64,000 bases of DNA from a virus. Taxonomy: Duplodnaviria > Heunggongvirae > Uroviricota > Caudoviricetes. The notes under the pieces are model-generated. The model was given only the letters and a program-made list of their open reading frames with translations, did no database searches and was not told the DNA's origin. The stretch is from positions 1 to 64,000 of the IMG/VR virus record IMGVR_UViG_3300038499_000012; one strand, written 5' to 3'. The first letter of the stretch is position 1. Each line of letters opens with the position of its first letter. Shown here in pieces: positions 56,609 to 64,000 of this stretch. The position numbers were made by a program, and so were the translations under genes.

Positions 56609-58075
56609 TTACTCCTGTTCTGCCACAACCTGCCCGGTAGGAACGCCTTCTTCGAATATCCGGATGTAGTCCAGAACAGCCTCAGACCACCCATTGATAT
56701 GCACCCACTTCGTACCGTAAGCAACACCACAGTCGTAGGTGTTAACATTGACGATGTAGTTGTGCGTTCCAAAAGCATTGGCCTTGTCCGGCGATTGACG
56801 ACTTGAAATGTCACAATCCTGCTCATCGGTGAATACAATGATCCGATCAGCAGTCTTTTCCTTATCATGCACGAAATTCATCACCTGAGTGAGGAAGATA
56901 CCCCCACCACCCAGAGGACCCGTCAAAGCGTAGATGACATCAGACAGGGCAAACCCTCTACGAGACGGTACCAACTGAGTCTTGTGAATCCTCGTACTAT
57001 CACAGCCGGCAGTAGCATAGATAACCGGGTCTTCACAAAGCTCCCTGGCAATCATTGCCAATGCACAGCCAGCTCGAGCTCGGTCCATCTCGGACTTTTT
57101 GGATACCTGAGCGTGATACATGCTCCCCGATACATCGACGATAAGGATCGTCTTGCCATTGAGCTTAGGCTTACCCTCCATAGTCTTCATGAACGCCACT
57201 TCAAGATCCGGCTCGAACTTTGGAGCATGAATAGCCGCGGCAATGTAACGAAACGGCAGCACCTGGGTGCTCTTCATGTCCCGTACAGCCTGTGACACCA
57301 GCTTAGGAGTCACTTCAGCCTGAGTCATGTTACGAAGATTCCGAATCAATGCCAAATCACCCAGCTTCTTCTCCTTCAGAAGCCGTTCCCAAGAGTCCTT
57401 GTTGTTACCCTTGGCGGAAATCTCAACTTCCCAAGTATCAGGAGTCTTCAAGGTGCCGGTGATAAGCTTCTTGAATAGGTCGCTACCAGGATCCTGAGGA
57501 AGAGACGCACCTGCCTTTCTAGCTTTCCTGGTAAATCCTGCCACACCAGTCTTCGGCTTCGCATGACTCAGAAACAGGACATCACGAAGTTTGACATCCT
57601 TATCTTGATTGTACTTGGACAGGGCATATTCCGAGAACTTGTTGAATGCCGCAGCCAAGCCCTTTTTGACCTGAGAAGATACAGACTGGTTCTTATCATC
57701 AGACCAATAGATGGACATGAACTCAGAGAGCTCATCAGGACGCTGAATAACCTGTTCAAGCGTACGGGAAACAAGATGCTTATGGGTGGAAAGACGGGCC
57801 ATTTCCCGAACGAGAAGCAGAGGGACATGCCTCAACTTCATCAGAGTTCGGGCTTCAAGGGCGATTTCAGCGACCTTATTGGCCGGCAATTGAGGAATGA
57901 GATCCTTAATCCGTTGGGCAATAGAAACCCCGGACTCGTAGTGGGTATCTTCCCACAACAGACAGCTCATCACTGCCCTGCGAAGAAGTTCCTCGGCATT
58001 GGTGATCTTTTTGGTGATCGCACCCTCATGAGTGTGGGCAGGAGTCGGGGGAGTCTTTTTGTTGATCGATGCCAT
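56609..58075 (-). CDS. rsr: Ro60-like ribonucleoprotein (TROVE + vWA domains)
   Basis: DVLFLSHAKPKTG matches the Ro60 DLLRLSHxKP TROVE signature. vWA MIDAS ILIVDVSGSMYH. Start set at MASINKK (RBS aggaga) rather than track start 58138. Confidence 0.6.
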   Translation of the reverse strand: MASINKKTPPTPAHTHEGAITKKITNAEELLRRAVMSCLLWEDTHYESGVSIAQRIKDLIPQLPANKVAEIALEARTLMKLRHVPLLLVREMARLSTHKHLVSRTLEQVIQRPDELSEFMSIYWSDDKNQSVSSQVKKGLAAAFNKFSEYALSKYNQDKDVKLRDVLFLSHAKPKTGVAGFTRKARKAGASLPQDPGSDLFKKLITGTLKTPDTWEVEISAKGNNKDSWERLLKEKKLGDLALIRNLRNMTQAEVTPKLVSQAVRDMKSTQVLPFRYIAAAIHAPKFEPDLEVAFMKTMEGKPKLNGKTILIVDVSGSMYHAQVSKKSEMDRARAGCALAMIARELCEDPVIYATAGCDSTRIHKTQLVPSRRGFALSDVIYALTGPLGGGGIFLTQVMNFVHDKEKTADRIIVFTDEQDCDISSRQSPDKANAFGTHNYIVNVNTYDCGVAYGTKWVHINGWSEAVLDYIRIFEEGVPTGQVVAEQE

Positions 58076-58279
58076 TGGACACTCTCCTATGTTATTTAGG
58101 ATAGGATGGGGAACAAACGGGCAGGGGTCTTTCCACATTATCAGTATGAAGTATCCCTACTCCTACGCCACCACCCTAATACTCGACAGCCTCAAAAAAT
58201 AAAGGACAGGGAACAAACAACAAGAGTTTTTTTCGATGATTGAAGTAGCCCTTGTCAACGCCACTGTCCTATTTTATCT

Positions 58280-58440
58280 GGCGGGGAACAAACGAATCGG
58301 GGCTTTTTTTCTGTTGCTCTACCAACTGAGCTACCGCCCCGTAAATGTGGAGCGGGTAGGACTCGGACCTACGACCCACAGTTTGATATGAAGGATCCCA
58401 ACTCTACGCCACCGCCCGTAATGGTTTCAACCCACGCATC
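58280..58440 (-). ncRNA. candidate Y RNA-like ncRNA with permuted tRNA-like module (T-arm, closed acceptor hairpin, D-arm)
   Basis: On the minus strand: T-arm-like gtagg-TCCGAGT-cctac, then ccgctcc-A-catttac-ggggcgg (a 7-bp acceptor-like hairpin closed by a loop), then TA-gctc-AGTTGGTAG-gagc, a canonical D-arm (~58313-58376). Lies ~180 nt upstream of rsr on the same strand. Confidence 0.4.
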
Positions 58441-58614
58441 AATACAGGATGCGACACAAATTAAAGGATCTCAGGAACAGACGAACCAGGACTGCCCTTT
58501 CGGGCGTTCCATGTAATGAAGTATCCCGATTCTAACGCCATGAGATCCATTTCCGAAGTGCACCTTAAATATACGACCACAAAATTGAAAAGTCAAATAT
58601 TTTTTAATTTATTT

Positions 58615-58800
58615 TTAGAGGCCCCATCTAGAGGCTGCGTCCTCAAGCCCTTTCTCGGCCGGTTCCACAGGCTGAGTATATTTACACTTAGGAAAATTTG
58701 TACACCCAAGAAAATACTCTTTGGTAAGTTTATTCTGCCTCTTGACTAGCTTACCATCACACCTGGCGCAGTCCCATATGGTGATGTCTTCGTCCTGCAC
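58615..58800 (-). CDS. topoisomerase-type C4 zinc-ribbon protein
   Basis: CARCDGKLVKR...FLGCTNFPKCKYT (zf-C4_Topoisom-like). Confidence 0.45.
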   Translation of the reverse strand: MQDEDITIWDCARCDGKLVKRQNKLTKEYFLGCTNFPKCKYTQPVEPAEKGLEDAASRWGL

Positions 58801-58803
58801 GCT

Positions 58804-59523
58804 CTACCACCAATTTTTGAGGTATAGATACAAAGCGGTTTCAGACGTTTTCACGAATGAAAACTGGTCAAGCTTATCCGACAAAAACAGATAGAACTCT
58901 TTATCATGATCCCGGTATTTTGACCAATCAAAACCCATAGCCATAACCTTATCCATAAATATCCGTGACAACAACATGGACCCACTTCCCACAGTCCCTT
59001 TCTTAAAATCGCAGTTGGTCATAACACTACCCAATCTGTTTTCATGAATCATTAAAAGCGGACACAATACCCCATCAATTCCGTCTTTCAAATAACGTGT
59101 CATAACTTTCAGACAATCCGGCATGAGTACGTCATCCGAATCAAACATTTTCACATACTCAGACTTACCCTTCCACTCAAAAATCCATTGCCGAGCGTTA
59201 CCCGCATGCCCCGTATAAGCACCCAGATGTCTGACCAGCACACCCTTCTTACAATACTCTACAGAGGCTTTAGGCCCATATTCGGAAGGAATCCTGCTAT
59301 CCTCAGGCGTATACCAATACTTCTCTATCATAGACTCGAGCTGTAAATGATTATCCTCTACCCAAAGTACGATTCTTTTGGGCTCATAAGTCTGATAGAA
59401 AGCACAACACAGGGCAATCTGCAGGCGCATGAAATGATTAGATACAGTAGGAACAAATAGATCAATCAATGGGTTTTCTGACATAAATACCATAGTTGAA
59501 GGTGGAGCTGTGATAAGAAACAA
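58804..59523 (-). CDS. putative glycosyltransferase (GT-A-like)
   Basis: DSDD (DxD-like) motif; weak. Confidence 0.25.
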   Translation of the reverse strand: MFLITAPPSTMVFMSENPLIDLFVPTVSNHFMRLQIALCCAFYQTYEPKRIVLWVEDNHLQLESMIEKYWYTPEDSRIPSEYGPKASVEYCKKGVLVRHLGAYTGHAGNARQWIFEWKGKSEYVKMFDSDDVLMPDCLKVMTRYLKDGIDGVLCPLLMIHENRLGSVMTNCDFKKGTVGSGSMLLSRIFMDKVMAMGFDWSKYRDHDKEFYLFLSDKLDQFSFVKTSETALYLYLKNWW

Positions 59524-59980
59524 ATAAAGACTTCAATACAGGATATCGCTCCAGCATTATCTGAGGAGTCAGGTCATCCTGAACATGACACTCATTATCA
59601 GGACCTTTTTGAGGAAGCTCATAGGGCACTGCAACAATCAGCTCTGAACACTTTGGCAGGATCCGTTCAAGAAGTGCCTGTGCCCTGATTATGGATATGT
59701 GCTCAAGCACATCGCCCATAATGATCAAATCGTAATATTTGAATTCAAAAGTACAGATATCTGCTATGAATATCTTTCGATACTTATTTTCAAGATTATA
59801 CTCCCGCACATATGAACCCCAGATTTCACAGGCATCCATATTCAGATAAGGGGGTCTGAGAAGCTTTGAATAGGCCCCCTTACCTGGCCCCACATCCAAT
59901 ATTTGTATACTCGTATCAGGAAACCGGGTTGTGATGTACTCCAGAGTCTCTTGCTTGAAAACATGCGTGCTGTCAGGCAT
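59462..59980 (-). CDS. class I SAM-dependent methyltransferase
   Basis: Motif I ILDVGPGKGAY and motif ~IV IIMGDVLEHI. Confidence 0.5.
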   Translation of the reverse strand: MPDSTHVFKQETLEYITTRFPDTSIQILDVGPGKGAYSKLLRPPYLNMDACEIWGSYVREYNLENKYRKIFIADICTFEFKYYDLIIMGDVLEHISIIRAQALLERILPKCSELIVAVPYELPQKGPDNECHVQDDLTPQIMLERYPVLKSLFVSYHSSTFNYGIYVRKPID

Positions 59981-59982
59981 CT

Positions 59983-61752
59983 TTATCCCGCCATCTCTTT
60001 CCCGTAGACATTAAAATACGTACGTCTAAACAAATCACTCGGATAGGTATCCCGCTTTTCCCCCCTATAAGATCGAGACCTTGCATAACTGATGTTTAGG
60101 TACAATTTTGCGCGGGTCATCGATACGTAGTATAGCCTTTCCTCCTCCTTCAAATCCTCGGAAAGTTTATGGGGCCACACTTCGTGCTCAACACCCACTA
60201 CAAATACCCTATCAAACTCCAAGCCCTTACTAGCATGGGCTGTCATGAGCTGTACCCCGTGCCCCGAGTCTTTCTCCAGGAAACTACTACCCAATATCAA
60301 AGACTCGATAGAATCAAAACCTGAGGCAACATCCAATAAGGCATCCACCATGGCTATATCCGAATCCTTATCCAATGAAGCCTTATAAGCTGTACGTTGC
60401 AAGATAACGTTCAAAGCATCTAACGGACTAATACCCTTAGTATCATCAAGAGCTTTCAATAACGCTTTTATGGCCGGCATCTCCTCCGCCACGGAATCTA
60501 CATAAGGCCGACCTTCATGTAGCAGACGTTCAATTTTGGCGTCCCCAAAGCCCCTTTTAGGGACATTGATTATTCTGGCAAGACTCTCAACATCCTCCCT
60601 ATTGTTCCCTGCCTTAAGGAATGCCAAAAGATCCTTCACGACCCGACGTTTGAAAAACGGAACGTCCCCAACAACCTTATAGGGTATCTGGTGTCTGCTG
60701 AATGCTTTCTCGAATTCCAGGGATCGGGTATTCACTCGGTATAGGACTGCGAAGTTCTCGTAGTCATTCATCTGTTTGATGGCCAGAGCTACACGCTCAG
60801 CTTCTTCTTCCGTACTCATAAATTGGGTAAGGGACACCTTACCTGAAATGGAGGACTTGGCAACCATCGGTTTGCCGTATTGTAGAAAGTTGTTGGCTTG
60901 AGTAATGATTTCAGGGCATGACCGGTAGTTGTATGTAAGAGAACAGTCAGAAGGAGAATGCTTGTTTATGAAATCCTGAATGTTCTGAGGACGGGCCCCT
61001 CGGAATCGGTAAATGGATTGGTTGAGATCTCCAACGAGAAACAATGTCTTAGTAGCTGTTGGGTCATAAAGGAGCATGACAATATCAAACTGGACCTGAG
61101 AGGTGTCCTGCACTTCATCTACCAGAATATGTTTCCAGAGCTCTGTATAATGCTTTCTGCAGTCATCATACTCGAGGCATTCCAAAGCGAATAGAAGCAG
61201 GTCATCAAAATCACAGGCATTGTTCCTTTTTAGGATCTCCTCATACTGTTCATAGACCATCGCCTCAACCTCATCCAAGGCCGGTTCCTGCGTTCCTGAA
61301 GACTTGTACCGACTGATAGCCCTCAAGATGTCGTAGGGGCTTTCCTTGCGATTACGGGCCTTTAGGATGGTTTTTACGACGGTTACCTGATCTGAGTCGT
61401 CATAAATTGTGAAAGGTACTTTCAAACGGGTGTATTGAGCATACTCACGGATGATGCGTACGCACATGCTGTGGATGGTGCTGATCTGCATTCCGGTGAT
61501 ATCATGCTCTTTTTTGATCCTGGACTTCATCTCGTCCGCGGCTTTATTCGTAAAAGTGATGGCACATATGCTGCTTGGAGGCACCCCAGAGTCTAATAGG
61601 TGATATATCTTCGCCACGAGACATCGAGTCTTACCACTACCAGCTGAGGCGTGAACTATCGTAGGGGAGGGGGCAAGAATTGCTGCTTCTTGCTCATCGT
61701 TCAGTCCGTACTTCATTCCGAAAAAATTCCTCGTTGTTTCAGACGTGGGCAC
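59983..61752 (-). CDS. UvrD/Rep/PcrA-like superfamily I DNA helicase
   Basis: Walker A ASAGSGKT, motif Ia ITFTNKAADEM, DExx ILVDEVQD, motif III LVGDLNQSIY; ~590 aa. Confidence 0.8.
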   Translation of the reverse strand: MPTSETTRNFFGMKYGLNDEQEAAILAPSPTIVHASAGSGKTRCLVAKIYHLLDSGVPPSSICAITFTNKAADEMKSRIKKEHDITGMQISTIHSMCVRIIREYAQYTRLKVPFTIYDDSDQVTVVKTILKARNRKESPYDILRAISRYKSSGTQEPALDEVEAMVYEQYEEILKRNNACDFDDLLLFALECLEYDDCRKHYTELWKHILVDEVQDTSQVQFDIVMLLYDPTATKTLFLVGDLNQSIYRFRGARPQNIQDFINKHSPSDCSLTYNYRSCPEIITQANNFLQYGKPMVAKSSISGKVSLTQFMSTEEEAERVALAIKQMNDYENFAVLYRVNTRSLEFEKAFSRHQIPYKVVGDVPFFKRRVVKDLLAFLKAGNNREDVESLARIINVPKRGFGDAKIERLLHEGRPYVDSVAEEMPAIKALLKALDDTKGISPLDALNVILQRTAYKASLDKDSDIAMVDALLDVASGFDSIESLILGSSFLEKDSGHGVQLMTAHASKGLEFDRVFVVGVEHEVWPHKLSEDLKEEERLYYVSMTRAKLYLNISYARSRSYRGEKRDTYPSDLFRRTYFNVYGKEMAG

Positions 61753-61932
61753 CAGATAGGAATAGGATTTTCACCCCCTACATCAGGGACCTTCTTATAG
61801 CCTTCCATGGCTCCACAGGCTGCCCCAGTTCCATCCAATTTACCTGGATACCCATCTGCACAGTCCCTACAATCATCGATTAACAGCTGACGCTTATGTT
61901 TGGGATTGATTACCGGTCCAAACAACCAGTAT

Positions 61933-62100
61933 CTACGTCTCACTTTTAGGTTTCCTTTTTTGAGCTAAACGTCTACGCCAATATATAAGATCTTTAACCT
62001 TGTTGGCATACCCATTTTTAGGCTGTTGACCACTCTGGATGCTTTTGATTTCTTCCGTTAAGGCATCGATCTTGGAGATGATTTGGTTTCGATTTTTCAT
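61933..62100 (-). CDS. small basic protein (55 aa)
   Basis: ATG just downstream of the terminator hairpin (MKNRNQIISKIDALTEEIK...). Replaces the composite track ORF 61933..62382. Confidence 0.3.
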   Translation of the reverse strand: MKNRNQIISKIDALTEEIKSIQSGQQPKNGYANKVKDLIYWRRRLAQKRKPKSET

Positions 62101-62106
62101 AAATAA

Positions 62107-62137
62107 GGGAGGGCCTTTGTTGAGTTCAGGCCCTCCC
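62107..62137 (-). terminator. intrinsic terminator hairpin
   Basis: gggagggcc-N13-ggccctccc followed by a T-rich run on the minus strand. Confidence 0.45.
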
Positions 62138-62171
62138 TTATGATACGAAAGATAACGGATAAGATAAAGTT

Positions 62172-62321
62172 CTATTTCACAATAGGAAACAACTCCGCAA
62201 TTGCTGACTTGATTTCTTCCTCGGGCCATCCTCTTTTTTTGAGCAGGGCTTTGAACTTTCTCTTCAATGGATCGGACTTCTTTCGCGTAGACTTTTTCAA
62301 TGGAACGGACTTCCTGGGCAT
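62172..62321 (-). CDS. small Lys/Arg-rich protein (49 aa)
   Basis: RBS caaggagtaaagATG. MPRKSVPLKKSTRKKSDPLKRK with an internal duplication. Confidence 0.3.
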   Translation of the reverse strand: MPRKSVPLKKSTRKKSDPLKRKFKALLKKRGWPEEEIKSAIAELFPIVK

Positions 62322-62346
62322 CTTTACTCCTTGTGACAGGCAAAAT

Positions 62347-62377
62347 CTTCTGCTCTAGCCAAACTGAGCTACACCCC
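62347..62377 (-). ncRNA. tRNA 5'-half-like fragment (acceptor + D-arm + partial anticodon stem)
   Basis: Minus strand GGGGTGT-A-GCTC-AGTTTGGCTA-GAGC-A-GAAG... with no matching 3' half nearby. Confidence 0.3.
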
Positions 62378-62555
62378 ATCAAAATACATCAGCACGCAGT
62401 GTTATCAATATACATGAAGGAAGCCTAAAGCTGCTTATTGAGCAGCACGTCCAGGTTCTCGACTTCTGGGACGGTGTCAGAGATGAACACACCTTAAGTC
62501 ATTGAGTCCTTCTTTATAAAATGCTTTTTGAACTGGAAGCAAGTATATTTAGAAT

Positions 62556-63431
62556 ATGCCAAAATACATAAAAGTACGGTGTTCTTTGTGTAAGTTACCC
62601 TTTGAGAAATCTTCACAAAGATATAATGAAGCAATAAAAAAGGGTTCTAAACTATTTTGTTCCTCCAAATGTCGTATAACTGACAGGACTACCTCTAAGG
62701 ATCTGACTTGTGACCTGTGCGGTAAAAAGTTCGTAAGGCAGAAGTACGCTATTAGGGATGGTCATAACTTTTGTAGTCAGTCCTGCTCTGCTCGGTATAC
62801 AAATAAAGGCAGGGCCATGAAAGAGTCTACCAAAATTAAAATATCCTCTAGACTATCTGGTGTTAAAAGAACGGAAGAGCAGAAAAAACAGACTCAACAA
62901 AGAATAATGCTGTCTGGCCACTTTTCAGGAAAATTGTTCACAGGGATACGTATCTCAAATTGTGTTGTTTGTGGTAAACTCTTTTGTTCTCGTGCTGCTG
63001 AAAAGAGAAAGACATGTTCTAAAGATTGTAAAACGATATCAAGCACTAAACTGAGGACATATCAGAATGGTTCTAGAAAGGCTGTTTGGTTTTTTAATCC
63101 ATTTCAAAATAAAAAAGTTTTATTGGAGTCCTCTTGGGAGGTTAAAACAGCAGAAATGCTCTGTGCTTATAATATAGAATGGACTCGACCTGAACCAATG
63201 AGTTGGATAGATATTAACAACAAGAGGCATCTGTATTTTCCTGACTTTTATCTACCAAAGTATGATACATATTTAGACCCCAAAAATCCTTTTTGTATGA
63301 ATAGAGACAAAGAAAAACTCGCCTATTTTAAAAACAGAATAAATTTGATTTATGGTGATATGACGATAATCAATCAGTATATAGAGAATATAACTCGGAG
63401 TGACAGGACTCGAACCTGCATTTCCCGTTAG
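62556..63431 (+). CDS. Cys-rich zinc-ribbon repeat protein with possible PD-(D/E)xK nuclease C-terminus
   Basis: Repeated CxxC...CxxC pairs. C-terminal YFPDFYLP...YLDPK resembles a PD...(D/E)xK core. The 3' end overlaps the tRNA on the opposite strand. Confidence 0.3.
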   Translation: MPKYIKVRCSLCKLPFEKSSQRYNEAIKKGSKLFCSSKCRITDRTTSKDLTCDLCGKKFVRQKYAIRDGHNFCSQSCSARYTNKGRAMKESTKIKISSRLSGVKRTEEQKKQTQQRIMLSGHFSGKLFTGIRISNCVVCGKLFCSRAAEKRKTCSKDCKTISSTKLRTYQNGSRKAVWFFNPFQNKKVLLESSWEVKTAEMLCAYNIEWTRPEPMSWIDINNKRHLYFPDFYLPKYDTYLDPKNPFCMNRDKEKLAYFKNRINLIYGDMTIINQYIENITRSDRTRTCISR

Positions 63432-63476
63432 GGACCTGAACCCAAATCAGGTGGGTAGCCATTACCCTACACTCCG
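63395..63476 (-). tRNA. tRNA (type II-like long variable arm; isotype uncertain, anticodon loop TTTGGGT)
   Basis: Cloverleaf: acceptor CGGAGTG/CACTCCG, D-arm GGGT-AATGGCT-ACCC, anticodon stem CCTGA/TCAGG, variable hairpin TCCC-TAAC-GGGA, T-arm GCAGG-TTCGAGT-CCTGT, discriminator A, no encoded CCA. Confidence 0.55.
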
Positions 63477-63578
63477 TATTCAACAAAAATCATGGAACCT
63501 AAAGCTCTATCTATCACTTAATGTTTTTAAAAAAAAATAGTAGGGCACGTGCTCTAGCCAGACTGCGCTACTCTCCGT

Positions 63579-64000
63579 TTAGATTCCGTACTTGATCAGA
63601 TACTCGTTCGATACCGCCTTAAAACTGGTCTTTCTATCCTTACCTTTCATCCTAAACACAATACCTTCACGTAGCACATTAGTATTCAGAGGACAAGGTC
63701 CGTCCGCCATTTTCAAAATATCTTCAAGAGTATGTCCGAGCACCAGGTCTCTGTACAGGATAGGTACCGTCTTGAGACCTAACTTTGTACAGAACTCTTC
63801 CATTTCCTCCAACTCAAGATATCGGGACTTCTCAATATCGAACACATAAAAAATGTAGACATCCTGTCCCTTGAGTTTGTGCCGATTGTCGTTGATACCT
63901 TCACCTACGCATTCCCCTTGTATAGCATACCCCTCAGGAAGTTTGTTCCGAAGGTCATACTTGTTAGCAACTTTCCAGAAGGAGTTCTTTTCAGTCTCTT
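63579..64000 (-). CDS. ATP-dependent RNA ligase-like protein (C-terminal part; 5' end beyond window)
   Basis: Frame is open to the window edge. EGYAIQGECVGEGI (nucleotidyltransferase motif IV EGxV-like) and REGIVFRMKG (motif V-like), Rnl2/DRB0094-type. Confidence 0.45.
   Translation of the reverse strand, partial: ETEKNSFWKVANKYDLRNKLPEGYAIQGECVGEGINDNRHKLKGQDVYIFYVFDIEKSRYLELEEMEEFCTKLGLKTVPILYRDLVLGHTLEDILKMADGPCPLNTNVLREGIVFRMKGKDRKTSFKAVSNEYLIKYGI

Noticed and set aside
58076-58138. Track start of Ro60 at 58138 (MWKDP...)
   Set aside because: No RBS; it runs through a repeated GGGGAACAAAC element. The internal ATG at 58075 (MASINKK) has an aggaga RBS.
58313-58376. Conventional tRNA gene at the Ro60 upstream region
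   Set aside because: The 3' half (T-arm plus acceptor 3' strand) precedes the 5' half (acceptor 5' strand plus D-arm) on the transcribed strand, and there is no anticodon arm. It cannot be a normal tRNA, so it is interpreted as a Y RNA-like tRNA mimic.
61933-62382. 149-aa minus-strand track ORF
   Set aside because: It reads through a tRNA-like fragment and a strong terminator hairpin (gggagggcc..ggccctccc). Two separate small genes, each with its own RBS and ATG (62321..62172 and 62100..61933), explain the region better.

Overview
This 64-kb window looks like part of a large phage or prophage-like mobile genome, read in the standard genetic code. Genes are densely packed and often overlap. 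The phage character rests on a minus-strand tail-fibre cluster with collagen-like GQTG repeats (37.0-47.9 kb), a free-standing HNH endonuclease, a TnpB (IS605-family) element, two DNA methyltransferases, a tRNA, and a partial RNA ligase at the window edge. The main feature is a complete, phage-borne type I CRISPR-Cas locus at 14.4-26.5 kb with an atypical gene order: cas8-like, cas7, cas5, cas3, cas6e, a 3-repeat mini-array, cas1, cas2, then a 58-repeat array. It has no separate cas11 and no cas4. Cas1, Cas2, Cas6e and the 29-nt repeat with 32-33-nt spacers are type I-E-like, while the effector order and the Cas7 N-terminal motif look type I-B/I-C-like, so the locus reads as a hybrid. A second notable feature is a Ro60 (TROVE + vWA) gene with an upstream permuted tRNA-like module and flanking repeated motifs, a candidate Y RNA. 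Other content includes a membrane-remodelling trio (PspA-like, then an NfeD/YqiJ-like and flotillin/YqiK-like pair), an NrdG-like radical-SAM activase, an HU/IHF-like protein, an orphan GHKL ATPase convergent with TnpB, a UvrD-like helicase, an M15 peptidase, and a trypsin-like protease. Five copies of a CCCCGTATAATAA promoter motif recur across the window. All protein calls come from motif recognition by eye, not database searches. Coordinates I derived by reading the sequence lines (RNA elements, hairpins, promoters, repeats) may be off by about 1 nt; ORF coordinates follow the supplied ORF track.
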